Positions 1-10,745 of a DNA stretch of 63,529 nt are shown piece after piece. This DNA comes from an uncultured bacterium (GTDB lineage Bacteria; Schekmanbacteria; GWA2-38-11; J061), in contig CAZJVM010000005.1 of NCBI GenBank assembly GCA_964549305.1, positions 10,524-74,052 on the forward strand. Direction: 5' to 3'. The position numbers and the translations under genes are program-made. The notes beneath the pieces are model-generated. The model searched no databases and was not told where the DNA came from. It saw only the letters and a list, made by a program, of their open reading frames with translations. How positions within the stretch are numbered: the first letter of the stretch is position 1; each line of letters opens with the position of its first letter.

Positions 1-2324
1 ATATTGTTCTGCTTATCGCGCAGATTACCATTGTTTTCCTTACAAAAAGCAGAGGTCCCGCAATAGGTTTCATGGCGGGGATTCTCTTTTTTATTCTGTT
101 GTACGGTAAAATTTCCGGCAGAAAAACGATACGTTATATCTCCGTATTTGTCATTGTCATCGCTTTAATAGGCTCAGTTTTTGTGCTCAATTCCCTTATG
201 AGCAGGCAAAACGATGTCAATACAACGACTCTTTCAGGCAATGATAACCCCGAAAGAATTTTAAATATAACCGCCGTAGAATCAGGTACGGGAAAGGTCA
301 GGGTGCTTATATGGAAGGGAGTTATAAACCTTCTGAAAAGCAGCTCGCTTTTCAGGATTTTTACCGGTTACGGTCAGGAAAGCATGTATGTATCCTACAA
401 CAAGTTTTATTCACCGGAACTTTCAAATATCGAACAAATTGCGGCAGTACCGGACAGATCGCATAACGCTCCCTTTGATGTAATATCAACGAAAGGAGTC
501 ATCGGACTTCTCGCGTATATTGGCATAATATTGGCTGTTTTCAGCTTCGCCCTTCGTAAAACAAATATTGTCCAATCACCTTCCAAGAGGCGACTTTTTT
601 GGATTGCGGGTATATCCCTGCCCCTCATACTTCCTTTGTTTGTTTTTATCTTTACCGTTTATCAGGAGTATTCCGGAATTGCCATAGGAATGGGAATCCT
701 CCTCGCGCTGACAATTGCTCTTTTAACAGGCAAAAATAAGGAAGAGGAAGAAAGGAATAATAATCCTTTTTATCTTTATGAACTTTATGCGATAGGTCTT
801 CTCTCGGGAATTGCCGCGCATATCGCGGAAACTCAAACAGGAATTCCCATTGCAACAACAAAGCTTTATTTCTGGATATATGCAGGGGCAATCGTATCTA
901 TTTTATCCGCTAATTCAGGCAAAGGGGAAAGCAAAGACGGAATGGATAAAGAAACGACGTCTCCCGACATAAAAGGCCTTTCCTACTGGTTTGCCTTCTT
1001 AGTCAATATATTCATGATTACGGGAGGTTTTGATATCATAAGCAGTGATGTGGGTTTGAAAAGGGCTCCGGGTTTATATATAGGATTTATTGTGGCTATC
1101 TGGTTTTTCACGGCATCTCTTTTTATTCTGTCATTCATATCCGATAAACCTGCCCAAGAGGGGAAGAAGAACAAAAAAGCGAGCTGGACACCATTTGTTC
1201 TGAATATATATGGTTTTTCAGCGGCAATATTTATAATTATTTCTCTAATTTATTTTTTCATAATAAAGCCCGACACCTCTCTCAACCATTTTGCAATAAC
1301 CGAAAAAATCGCAAATTTTGAAGCTATATTTACCGCTTTTTTGGTTATTATTTCAGTCATAATGGCAGTTTTAAAAGCAAAGACCGAAAAAACAACGCAG
1401 ACTCTCACGGTTAACAAACTTTTCTTTCCTCTTTATGCCGTTGCCCTTGTTTCAGCAGTTTTTTTTATTGTTAAGATAAATGTCAATCCCATTAAAGCGG
1501 ATTCCTACTTTTCAATGAGCTCAGTGATGAAGAAATCTCCCAATCAGGATGCAATGATTCCATACCTTCAGAAAGCAGTAGATTTAAACTTCGGAGATGA
1601 AAACTACAGAAAGGCATTCGCCCTTCTCTATATGAGAAAGGGGATTTCGGAAAAACCCGGAAACAGGAGAAAAATGTTCAGAAAAGCAGTGGATCAGGCA
1701 CTTGTTGCCTGCAGGACAAATTCCGCGAACTCCCACAATTTTTACATTCTCGGTTTAATTTATAAAAGATGGGCTTTCATTGAAAAAGACAAAGAAAGAA
1801 AGGACTCTCTCTATAAAAAAGCTTTTGAAGCTTTTGACACTGCCATCGATTTGAGTCCTGGCAGAGGATACATTTTCAGAGAAGCGGGAGAAGGGTATGC
1901 ACTTTCCGGCGACTTGACCAAAGCAAGGAATTTTTTCCGAAAAGCTACGCGGTTGACTCCAAAAGATGTCATTGCCTGGACAATGCTCGGTGACAGTGAA
2001 AGGAAATTGAAAAACTTCGACAAGGCTATCGAAGCGTATGAGCAAGCCATTAAGGTAAAACCAAAATTTATCAGAGCATACAGTTCGATAGCGTATATTT
2101 ATGCCGTAACGGGAGAAAACGACAAGTCCATTGAATACAACCTGAAAGTATTGAAAATCTCGCCTAATGATTATGATGCCCACAAAAATATGGCGATTTT
2201 ATACAACATTAATGGAAATTATAATAAATCCCTCGAAGAAGCCCGGAAAGCATTGGATTTAGCCCGCGACAAAGACAAAAAGAAGATGACCGATTTTATA
2301 GAGAGACTTAAAAGAAAATTATAA
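1..2324 (+). CDS. O-antigen ligase (Wzy_C/O-OTase)-like polytopic membrane protein with C-terminal TPRs; 5'-truncated by the window edge
   Basis: The frame is open from nt 3 (IVLLIAQITIVFLTKSRGPAIG) upstream of the ATG at 72. It has the ligase-type TxSRG, R..IW, GxG and DRSHNxxxD motifs, many TM helices and about 6-7 TPRs at the C-terminus. Confidence 0.8.
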   Translation, partial: IVLLIAQITIVFLTKSRGPAIGFMAGILFFILLYGKISGRKTIRYISVFVIVIALIGSVFVLNSLMSRQNDVNTTTLSGNDNPERILNITAVESGTGKVRVLIWKGVINLLKSSSLFRIFTGYGQESMYVSYNKFYSPELSNIEQIAAVPDRSHNAPFDVISTKGVIGLLAYIGIILAVFSFALRKTNIVQSPSKRRLFWIAGISLPLILPLFVFIFTVYQEYSGIAIGMGILLALTIALLTGKNKEEEERNNNPFYLYELYAIGLLSGIAAHIAETQTGIPIATTKLYFWIYAGAIVSILSANSGKGESKDGMDKETTSPDIKGLSYWFAFLVNIFMITGGFDIISSDVGLKRAPGLYIGFIVAIWFFTASLFILSFISDKPAQEGKKNKKASWTPFVLNIYGFSAAIFIIISLIYFFIIKPDTSLNHFAITEKIANFEAIFTAFLVIISVIMAVLKAKTEKTTQTLTVNKLFFPLYAVALVSAVFFIVKINVNPIKADSYFSMSSVMKKSPNQDAMIPYLQKAVDLNFGDENYRKAFALLYMRKGISEKPGNRRKMFRKAVDQALVACRTNSANSHNFYILGLIYKRWAFIEKDKERKDSLYKKAFEAFDTAIDLSPGRGYIFREAGEGYALSGDLTKARNFFRKATRLTPKDVIAWTMLGDSERKLKNFDKAIEAYEQAIKVKPKFIRAYSSIAYIYAVTGENDKSIEYNLKVLKISPNDYDAHKNMAILYNINGNYNKSLEEARKALDLARDKDKKKMTDFIERLKRKL

Positions 2325-2330
2325 AACCTC

Positions 2331-3341
2331 TCACCCCTCGCCTTTTTTTATATAGAGTCGCTCAAGATAAATTATCATAGAAATCATCACAAGCAGTACA
2401 CCGAAAAAAATCGAATATCCCACTGTGCCGGGAAAATAGAATATGGTAACTCCGAGAAGTCCGAAAATTCCTGAAATACAATAGACCAAAAGCGCGACCT
2501 TTTTGTGCGATAAGCCAAGAAGGCAAAATCTGTGAGTTGAATGGTCGGTTCCCGGAGTCGTAAAGGGATTTACGCCCCTTCTCAGTCTTGAAAATGTTAC
2601 AAGAGTGGTATCGGTTATGGGAAAAGCGAGAATTACCACGGGAATCATCCACGTATAAACATATGAAAGTTCGGGAAATCTTATTTTAATCCCCGTTACC
2701 GACAAAAGAAAACCTATGAAAAGACTCCCCGTATCTCCCATAAAAATTCTCGCGGGATTAAGGTTATATCTTAAAAAACCGAGACAGGCACCAATCATTG
2801 CGGCAGAAAGGGCACCTACGAGATACTGTCCGTTTAAAGCCGAAAGCACGAAGAAGAAAAGAGAGGCAATTGCGCCCACACCTCCCGCAATGCCGTCCAT
2901 ATTGTCAAGAAGGTTTATGGCATTTGTAATACCAACCACCCACAAGAAAGTTATCAGGACATTGAGAATATATGAGTTGAATATCTCCACCATAACGCCC
3001 GTTGACACCAGTACCGCGACAGGAATGACCTGCCCTAAAAATTTGAACGCAGGAGAAAGTTCGCGCCAGTCATCGTAAAGCCCGAAAAAGGAAACAAGTG
3101 ACGCGCCTGCAACGATACCTACAAGCTGATGAAGTTTAAACTCTCTGCCGAAAATTAGAAGGGCAACGAAAAAGGATATATATATGGAAGCGCCTCCAAG
3201 AAGTGGAATGGCTTTTCTGTTTATCCTTTTGGAAGAGGGAGCGTTTATGATTTTATACTTTATCCCTATTTTTTCCGCTACGGGCGTAAGCGCGAGGGAA
3301 AATATCAATGCGCAGCAAAATATAAGAATAAAATAACTCAT
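2331..3341 (-). CDS. MraY/WecA/TagO-family undecaprenyl-phosphate HexNAc-1-phosphate transferase
   Basis: P..GG, GLYDD, NAINLLDNMDG, FMGDTG and D-H-x-x-H-R motifs; about 11 TM helices. Confidence 0.9.
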   Translation of the reverse strand: MSYFILIFCCALIFSLALTPVAEKIGIKYKIINAPSSKRINRKAIPLLGGASIYISFFVALLIFGREFKLHQLVGIVAGASLVSFFGLYDDWRELSPAFKFLGQVIPVAVLVSTGVMVEIFNSYILNVLITFLWVVGITNAINLLDNMDGIAGGVGAIASLFFFVLSALNGQYLVGALSAAMIGACLGFLRYNLNPARIFMGDTGSLFIGFLLSVTGIKIRFPELSYVYTWMIPVVILAFPITDTTLVTFSRLRRGVNPFTTPGTDHSTHRFCLLGLSHKKVALLVYCISGIFGLLGVTIFYFPGTVGYSIFFGVLLVMISMIIYLERLYIKKGEG

Positions 3342-3343
3342 TA

Positions 3344-4324
3344 TTAGGCGAGTTTTTTAAGGGAAACCGATTTAAACCATTCTACGGTTTTATTAAGCCC
3401 CTCTTCAAGCGGAATTTTTCCTTCAAAACGGAGTTCTTCCTTTGCCTTGTTTATATCTGCGCAGCGCAAATTTATATCTTCGAAATTGTTACCGTACATT
3501 TCTTTCGCCGGCATCAGCCTAATCGAAGAATCTGACGAAACTATATCTCTTATCCTCTGGGCAAGGTCGAGAATGCTTATCTTGTTGTTGCTTCCGATAT
3601 TGTATATTTTTCCCACAGCGCTTTCGGACATTCCCGCAAGCATTGTGCCCCTTGCTATATCCTTAACAAAAGTAAAAGAGCGCACCTGTGAACCATCGCC
3701 AAAAACCGTAATCGGTTCACTGTTTATTGCCTGAACGGAAAACTTCGCAACGACACTTCCGTAACCGTCAGGTTTTGATTTAGGCCCGTAAGCATTGAAA
3801 TACCGTATAACAGTGGAAGCAAGCCCCTCTCTGCTTAAAGCGATTGCAAGATGTTCGCCGAGCGCTTTTGAAACAGCATATGACCATCTCGGTGTATATG
3901 AAGACCCCAATACCATATTGCCTTCTTCATTGAACGGCGAATCAGTGCTTTTACCATAGACCTCCGAAGATGAAGTAAAGACAACCCTCTTTTTATGCTC
4001 GTGGCAGAAACGCAAAACCTTTTCCGTTCCGTTGTAATTTACATAAATACCTCTTATGGGATTGTCGACTACGTGCTTCACCCCCACAAGCGCTGCAAGA
4101 TGAAATACAATGTCCGTCTCGGCAATTAATTTCCCGAGAACATTCCCATCGAGTATGTCGCCTCTAACAAATTTTATAAGCCCGTTTTCGAGAAAGTCCT
4201 TGAGATTCTCAAGAGACCCTATGGAAAGGTCATCCAAAACAGTCACATTATGCCCGTTTTCAAGAAGAATTTCGCATAAATGAGAACCTATAAAACCTGC
4301 ACCGCCCGTTACAAGACAATTCAA
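3344..4324 (-). CDS. NAD-dependent nucleotide-sugar epimerase/dehydratase (extended SDR)
   Basis: TGGAGFIG, SSSEVYG, YxxxK (YAVSK), RYFNAYGP; TTG start. Confidence 0.92.
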   Translation of the reverse strand: MNCLVTGGAGFIGSHLCEILLENGHNVTVLDDLSIGSLENLKDFLENGLIKFVRGDILDGNVLGKLIAETDIVFHLAALVGVKHVVDNPIRGIYVNYNGTEKVLRFCHEHKKRVVFTSSSEVYGKSTDSPFNEEGNMVLGSSYTPRWSYAVSKALGEHLAIALSREGLASTVIRYFNAYGPKSKPDGYGSVVAKFSVQAINSEPITVFGDGSQVRSFTFVKDIARGTMLAGMSESAVGKIYNIGSNNKISILDLAQRIRDIVSSDSSIRLMPAKEMYGNNFEDINLRCADINKAKEELRFEGKIPLEEGLNKTVEWFKSVSLKKLA

Positions 4325-4386
4325 TTTATTAAATCTCCCAAAAAAATAAGTGATTATACTTTGAAATGTTTTTTTTACAATTACTT

Positions 4387-5484
4387 TTATATTGATTCAT
4401 ATAAATCAATGATTCTTTGTACCATAATATCCAAAGTAAAGCTCTCATTGACCCGTTTTAAGGCATTCATGGCATATCTTTTCATAAGAGAAGAATCGCT
4501 CAAAATCATGTTTGCGGCAATGGCCAGTTCATTGGAATCGGCGGGCGTAACCACTGCTCCCGTTTCCCCGTCAACATTGACGAATGAGGTCCCGGTTTTC
4601 AACTCCGTGGAAATTACCGGTTTTGAAGATGCCATTGCCTCGAGAATGACGGTGCCGAAGGCTTCACTTTTTTCCGTCGAAGGCAATACAAACAGATCAC
4701 ACGCCCTGTAATAATCAGGAAGATATCTGTAGTCTATATCTCCGGTAAATTTTATTTTCCTTTCAAGCTCAAGCTCTTTCACCAGATTTTTAAGTTCTTC
4801 TTCCATGGGACCGGTACCAACAATAATAAGATTTGCATCGATATCTTCCATTGCTCTAATGAGATATGGAAGTCCTTTGTAGTAACGAAGCTTCCCTACA
4901 AAAAGTAAAAGCGGTTTTCCATATTGGTCTCTGATTTCAGCGCTTTTTTCCGTCTCCCCCGGTGCAAAATCTTTTACGTCTATTCCCAGAGGTATCACTC
5001 TGCATTTGTTTTTAAAATTTGAGAGCACCGGTGACTGCCTTATATAGTTATCACTCGTTGCGACAATTGCATTCGCTTTTTTCAACACTCTCGTTAAAAA
5101 GGGCTTATAAACCTTTGCAATATACTTCTGCTTTACAATATCGCTGTGATAAGTAATCACCGTCTTTGACTTTCTGCCGGCAAACAGATATGAAGTTTCC
5201 CCTACGGGATAGGGAAAATGCAGGTGCGCAATGTCAGGATTTTCCTTAATGAGATTGAAAAAAAGGGAAGTGCTTAGGGGAGTCGAAGCAACGGTGGCAA
5301 ACCTCGATGCTTTAATTATTTTTACTCCGTTGATATTTTCGGTAACACTTCCTCCCTTCTCACTTGTAACAAGCACAGTCACGTCATGCCCGAGAGTGTT
5401 TTGTGCTTCGGCAACCATTTTTATATGGTTTTCTATCCCTCCGAGCACTGGATAGTAATCTTTATAAATATGAAGAATTTTCAT
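4387..5484 (-). CDS. GT4 glycosyltransferase
   Basis: N-terminal GGIE; FVGKL..YKG; EAFG.VILEAMA (ExxxxxxxE). Confidence 0.92.
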   Translation of the reverse strand: MKILHIYKDYYPVLGGIENHIKMVAEAQNTLGHDVTVLVTSEKGGSVTENINGVKIIKASRFATVASTPLSTSLFFNLIKENPDIAHLHFPYPVGETSYLFAGRKSKTVITYHSDIVKQKYIAKVYKPFLTRVLKKANAIVATSDNYIRQSPVLSNFKNKCRVIPLGIDVKDFAPGETEKSAEIRDQYGKPLLLFVGKLRYYKGLPYLIRAMEDIDANLIIVGTGPMEEELKNLVKELELERKIKFTGDIDYRYLPDYYRACDLFVLPSTEKSEAFGTVILEAMASSKPVISTELKTGTSFVNVDGETGAVVTPADSNELAIAANMILSDSSLMKRYAMNALKRVNESFTLDIMVQRIIDLYESI

Positions 5485-7027
5485 TTTTGGGATACTGAGC
5501 TTTCTTAAAAGTTCTTACAACGAGCTTATACCTGTAGCATTTTCTCTTTAAAAGATATTCTTTGAGTTTAAGGTATAACGGGTCAATCTTTGAAAACTTT
5601 TTTTCATCATAAAGGAAATATCCCATTGCTGAAAGTTTTTCGGCAGGGTTGTCCGAAAAGAGCTCTTTTGTCCTGTCCCTTCCAAAATATATCACCGTTA
5701 CAAATTTGGGCGCCTGCGACGCGGCATATTTCAAAGCATTTTCTCTTTCCTTATAGAGATATAAATGACTTTGATCGGAAATTCTCGACATATATTCCGG
5801 GATGAGGGTATCTGACGGCGAAATAACGATGCTCTCCTCTTCGCCGTATCTTGTACAAATTGATTCGGCAACCTCCCGCGAAGGAACATCATAAACGGGA
5901 TTTAGAAAAGATTTTCCCGAGAAGTAATTGTTCAGGGGAATAAAATCCGCCAAAAGAATGATAAAAACAATCATCATTCCCCTTCTCTTCAGACTATCCA
6001 GTCCACAAGCAATTATGAACACAAAAACAGGATAAATAAAGAAACATCTCGACGCAAAAAAGACAAATGAATGCTCTGTCGCCACAAAATTAAAAACGGC
6101 AAGCATACCCAAAAGAGATATGGAAAAAACCGATATAAGGAAGAAAAATTCCTGAGATTTTCCGGAAAACATTTTTTTAATCCCGAAAAAAAAGAAAAAG
6201 CAATTAAAAGCAAAGAGGAGAAATCCGGCAATTTCCCACGCAAAGACTGTACCCCCTGCGGAAAATTCATAAAAGAGGTCTCCCACAGACGCAATAACTC
6301 CCAACATCGATGACGAAAAATCCGCGGTGATATCAGTTTTAAATCTTTTTGACTGTTCTATCGCCTTCAGAAAAAACGGAAAAACCGAGGCCAAAAGTAG
6401 AGTCTGTCCGCAAACCCATATTTTCCATCCTTCATTCCTCTTCTTGTAAAAAAGAAAATAAAAGACATTCTGCCCCGCAACGGCAAAGACGGAAGGATAG
6501 AAGGAAAGAATCATAAAACAGGAGGAAAGGAGATACATAATTGATGAAAAAACAGAATTTTCATTCCTTGTAATTTTTAAAAAAAAGAAACAACTCAGGC
6601 AAAAGAGCATTGCCGTAAAGGAGTAATATCTTGCCATCCTTGAATAAAGAATGAAGAAGGGTGACACTGAAATAAGAAGGGTCGATATAAGCGGTATTCT
6701 GCCATCAAAACATTTTCCCGCAAACAAATAAGAAAAACAGAGCGTCAGAAGCGAGCAAATCACCGAAAAAAATCTTATCGATGCATCGCCTTTCCCCGCC
6801 ACCGACATCCATCTGCCGAGAAGATAAAAATAAAGGGGGGGATGGACATCGGCGTCTAAAAAATTATCAAACTCCTCAAAGGAAATTAAAAGTTTTTCCC
6901 CTGCCTTTAGTGAAAAAAGCTCATCTGCCCAAAGACTTTTACTCTCAAGTTCAAAGGAAAGAAGAAACGCGGATAAAAAAACCACAAACGCTATCATAAC
7001 AAAAACGCTAGTTTTCTCTTTACTCAT
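5462..7027 (-). CDS. GT-C fold (GT39/GT83, PMT/ArnT-like) membrane glycosyltransferase
   Basis: SLWADE loop after TM1, DVHPPLY, YSRMARYY; about 11 TM helices and a soluble C-terminal domain. Confidence 0.85.
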   Translation of the reverse strand: MSKEKTSVFVMIAFVVFLSAFLLSFELESKSLWADELFSLKAGEKLLISFEEFDNFLDADVHPPLYFYLLGRWMSVAGKGDASIRFFSVICSLLTLCFSYLFAGKCFDGRIPLISTLLISVSPFFILYSRMARYYSFTAMLFCLSCFFFLKITRNENSVFSSIMYLLSSCFMILSFYPSVFAVAGQNVFYFLFYKKRNEGWKIWVCGQTLLLASVFPFFLKAIEQSKRFKTDITADFSSSMLGVIASVGDLFYEFSAGGTVFAWEIAGFLLFAFNCFFFFFGIKKMFSGKSQEFFFLISVFSISLLGMLAVFNFVATEHSFVFFASRCFFIYPVFVFIIACGLDSLKRRGMMIVFIILLADFIPLNNYFSGKSFLNPVYDVPSREVAESICTRYGEEESIVISPSDTLIPEYMSRISDQSHLYLYKERENALKYAASQAPKFVTVIYFGRDRTKELFSDNPAEKLSAMGYFLYDEKKFSKIDPLYLKLKEYLLKRKCYRYKLVVRTFKKAQYPKNENSSYL

Positions 7028-7123
7028 TTTATCTTTTCCATAACTATTATAATTTACAAAATCATTGTAATATGATTACAGGCAGGCTTTAATAAGTAAA
7101 CAGTATTTTGAAGAGGTTGACCT

Positions 7124-8299
7124 GTGGATGATAACAACGGAAAAAAGAATATAATATTGTGGGAAGCATTGTCTGATATTGCGGGCGGTCAAAGAGTATG
7201 CCTCGATGTTCTGCGCGCCCTGAAGGATGACTACAATATCGGAGTAATAGGCCCCTCGAAGGGAGGATTCTCAGAAGCGGTTGAAGAAGAAGGGGCGTCT
7301 TTTTTCGAAATTCCCTTCCGTTCCTATTCGCTTATTAAAAAAAACTATAGGGACCTTCTGAAATTCTGCACAGACACGCCCGCAGTTGTAAAAAAAGCCG
7401 TAGATATTATCAGGCAACATAAGGCATCTGCAATTTACGCAAGCAGTACGCGTGTGTTCCCGTGGGCAGCTGCTGCAGGTGATAAGGCGTCCGTGCCGGT
7501 CATATGGCATATTCACAATATGCTTGCAGACTGGAAAACAAAAACCTTAATAAATTTCTATTCCGGTAAAAAAAGCATAAAGCTCATTCTTTCAGACTCC
7601 GCGGCAACGGGAGCTCAATACGGAAAACTTTCCGAAAGGGTAATCCCCGTCTATAACGGAGTAGACTTGTCGAGGTTTTACCGTGACAGTGATTCAAGAA
7701 GTTCCTTCAGAAAAAGTTTTAATATTCCCGAAGACGCAATCGTTGCAGGCACCATAAGCGATATTATTCCCCATAAGGGTCAGGTAACATTTTTGGAAGC
7801 AATGTCACGGCTTTGCAAAGAGAACAAAAATCTTTACGGAATTATCGTCGGCAGGGCGAGAGAAGGGTTTGAATGGTACGAAAACCAATTAAAGGTGCAG
7901 GTTAAAAAAGCGGGAATAGAGGAGAAAATAGTTTTTATCGGATTTAGGAAAGACATAGAAAAAGTTCTGAACGGAATGGATATGCTGGTAGTGCCTTCAT
8001 ATTCTTCCGAATCTTTCCCTCTAATAATACTTGAGGGGCTTGCATGCGGCACGGCAATACTCGCCTCGGCATTCAGCGGAATGCTTGAAGTAGTTGAAGA
8101 GGGAGAAAACGGATATCTCTTTCCCATATCGGACAGCGATGCTCTCGCCTCCAGGATTTCGCTTCTCGCCAATGATTCACAACTCCTCGATCGAATCAGA
8201 AAACGCTCAATTGAAATTGCAAAAGAACGCTATGATATGAAAATATTCGATAATCAAATCAGAAAACATTTTATGGCAATCACAGGAAAAGAATCCTAA
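7124..8299 (+). CDS. GT4 glycosyltransferase
   Basis: GGQ, WHIH, YNGVD, KGQ, ESFP.IILE motifs. Confidence 0.9.
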   Translation: MDDNNGKKNIILWEALSDIAGGQRVCLDVLRALKDDYNIGVIGPSKGGFSEAVEEEGASFFEIPFRSYSLIKKNYRDLLKFCTDTPAVVKKAVDIIRQHKASAIYASSTRVFPWAAAAGDKASVPVIWHIHNMLADWKTKTLINFYSGKKSIKLILSDSAATGAQYGKLSERVIPVYNGVDLSRFYRDSDSRSSFRKSFNIPEDAIVAGTISDIIPHKGQVTFLEAMSRLCKENKNLYGIIVGRAREGFEWYENQLKVQVKKAGIEEKIVFIGFRKDIEKVLNGMDMLVVPSYSSESFPLIILEGLACGTAILASAFSGMLEVVEEGENGYLFPISDSDALASRISLLANDSQLLDRIRKRSIEIAKERYDMKIFDNQIRKHFMAITGKES

Positions 8300-8313
8300 A
8301 CTGACCGGATAAT

Positions 8314-9462
8314 ATGAAAATATGTTCTCCTTCAATGGGTATTTCTCCCAACTCCGACCTCGGAGGAGAAGTATACGAAAGAGAACTGCTCTCCAGACTT
8401 CCGAAATACGGAGCTAAAATAGGGCTTATTCTCCCAAAGGAAAGCAAAATTCCCGAAACCCTCGATTACCATTATATTTACCGTCTGCCCCTTAAAAGAA
8501 GACTGCGTTGGTTCATTTCCAATCCGCTTTTTTTACAATCCCTGAACAAAGCATATTCCGAAAAGGGAATCGAGTTGTTAAGGATACATTCTTTCAGATT
8601 CACGGGTCCCGCCATCCTGCTTTCGAGGAAGACAAACAAAATCGACGCGCCAGTAATCGCTCATCATCATCATATTGACCCTGAAAATCTTAATTGGTTT
8701 GTGGATAAAAGAGTGGCAAAATTGGTTGATAAAATTATAACGGTAAGCGAATTTTCAAAAAAACAGCTTCACGATGAATGGGGAATACCTGAAAACCGTA
8801 TCGATGTAATCTATGACGGAGTAAGCGAAACTTTCCTGCCTGAAGAAAAAGACAAAGTTTTGAAGGAGAAATACGCAGTTGAGGGAAAAAAAGTGCTTCT
8901 CTATCTTGGCGCCTTAAAAAAAAGGAAAAATCTTTTTTTTCTGCTCGAGTGCTTGAAGGGTCTGTCTGAAATATCTAAGGACATCGATTGGGTTTGCCTC
9001 ATTTCAGGCAGAGGCGAGGATTCGCAAGCATTAATCAGAAAATCGAAAAGCCTCGGTATTTCAGATAGAGTTAAATTCTGCGGTTATATTCCGGAATCGA
9101 AAAAACTTTCTATGCTGAATCTTTGCGATGTTTTCCTGTTTCCTTCCGTGCTTGAAGGATTCGGTATGGCAGCAGTTGAGGCAATGGCTTGTGGCAAACC
9201 CGTAGTGGCACTTAACAATGCGTCTTTGCCGGAAATCGTGAAAAACGGCGAAACCGGATTTCTGGTTTCACCGGGAAATAGAAAAGAATATATCTCCTCT
9301 CTGTTCTCCCTTGTCAAAGATGATAAAATGCGAAGGGAGATGGGGCTTGAAGCGTCTTCCTGTGTCAAAAGAAAATTCAACTGGGACAGGTGCGCCGAAA
9401 AGGTAATGAATTCCTACAAAAAACTTGTTGACTCATACAAAAGGGAAAGAAAATTTAATTGA
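8314..9462 (+). CDS. GT4 glycosyltransferase
   Basis: GGE, RKN, FPS..EGFGMAAVEAMACG. Confidence 0.9.
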   Translation: MKICSPSMGISPNSDLGGEVYERELLSRLPKYGAKIGLILPKESKIPETLDYHYIYRLPLKRRLRWFISNPLFLQSLNKAYSEKGIELLRIHSFRFTGPAILLSRKTNKIDAPVIAHHHHIDPENLNWFVDKRVAKLVDKIITVSEFSKKQLHDEWGIPENRIDVIYDGVSETFLPEEKDKVLKEKYAVEGKKVLLYLGALKKRKNLFFLLECLKGLSEISKDIDWVCLISGRGEDSQALIRKSKSLGISDRVKFCGYIPESKKLSMLNLCDVFLFPSVLEGFGMAAVEAMACGKPVVALNNASLPEIVKNGETGFLVSPGNRKEYISSLFSLVKDDKMRREMGLEASSCVKRKFNWDRCAEKVMNSYKKLVDSYKRERKFN

Positions 9463-10745
9463 ATATTCTTTTCACAAGTGAATATTTTTACCCATTTGAG
9501 CCCGGAGGCACGGAAAAAAGCGCATTTCTTCTTGCTAAAGGGCTTGTCGATGAAGGCCATAAAGTTTCCGTTTTAACGCCGGGTTACGGAGCAAAGGAAA
9601 GGGAGTCGCTCAAAGGTATTGATATCATAAGATACCCTTTCCCCGTAAAACTAAAACAGGGGGAAAGACTTCGCGACCGTCATATCATAACGCCTTTTTT
9701 TGACTCAAAGATGTCATTTCATCTTCAAAAAGTCGCCAGAGAAACTAATCCGGAAGTGATCCATTCCCAAAACACATTTTCATTATCCCCATCAGTAACA
9801 ATAGGACTTAAAAACAATATACCGGTGATTCATACGGTAAGAGACTATGCTCTTTTGTGCCCTTCGGCAATGTGCCTGGTAGATAATCCATCTATTACGC
9901 CGCAATGCGGACATTTCCTTCTTTGGAAGGAATGCTCACTGAGAGTTATGCCCGACGGGAAAAGAATCGGATTCTTTGACAAAACAAGAATCAAACTGAA
10001 TCATCAGATTCAGTTTTCATTAATGAAAGCAAAAAGAGAAAAACTCAAAAAAGCGTCCAAAATTATTTTCGTAAGCAACGCCATAGCGGCTATTTTCAGA
10101 AAAGCCCTAAACATCAATTCCGGTGATTTTGAAGTGATTTACAACTTCAGGGAACCTCCTTCCAACATTAGCGAAAGGGAATTATTGAATATATCGCGCA
10201 AATACGGACTGGAAGGCAAAAAAACGATACTCGTTCCCGGAGGACTAACAGAAAAGAAAGGTACCATTACTGCGATTGAATCTGCAAAAAAAATTCTCAC
10301 CGAGCACAGGGATGTAATATTTATATTTGCCGGCAGAAAGGAAATGGCCGTAGATGAAGATAATAAATCTATTCTTTTCCCCGGACACATTTCCCACGCG
10401 GAGCTTGAAGGGTTATACCGGATAGCCTATGCCGTCATATGCCCTTCGATTTATCCCGAACCATTCGGCAGAACCGCAATAGAAGCATTTTCACATTCCG
10501 TTCCGGTTGCGGCAAGCAACACAGGCGGCTATAAGGAAACAGTCGATAATGGCAAAAACGGTATTCTCTTTCCCCCGGGCAATGCAGACGCTCTCGCAAA
10601 TGCTATTGCATCTCTCATAAAAGATAAAAGCGCTAAAGAAAGGATGGGAGAAGAAGGATTAAAAAAATTCAAAAAGGAATTTATTTCCGAAGTTTCGGTT
10701 TCAAAAACTCTATCAGTTTACGAAAGTGCCCTTAAAGTCACTTAG
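9459..10745 (+). CDS. GT4 glycosyltransferase
   Basis: GGTE, RDY.LLCP Cys-rich insert, KG, PS..PEPFGR..IEA; TTG start overlapping the upstream stop. Confidence 0.9.
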   Translation: MNILFTSEYFYPFEPGGTEKSAFLLAKGLVDEGHKVSVLTPGYGAKERESLKGIDIIRYPFPVKLKQGERLRDRHIITPFFDSKMSFHLQKVARETNPEVIHSQNTFSLSPSVTIGLKNNIPVIHTVRDYALLCPSAMCLVDNPSITPQCGHFLLWKECSLRVMPDGKRIGFFDKTRIKLNHQIQFSLMKAKREKLKKASKIIFVSNAIAAIFRKALNINSGDFEVIYNFREPPSNISERELLNISRKYGLEGKKTILVPGGLTEKKGTITAIESAKKILTEHRDVIFIFAGRKEMAVDEDNKSILFPGHISHAELEGLYRIAYAVICPSIYPEPFGRTAIEAFSHSVPVAASNTGGYKETVDNGKNGILFPPGNADALANAIASLIKDKSAKERMGEEGLKKFKKEFISEVSVSKTLSVYESALKVT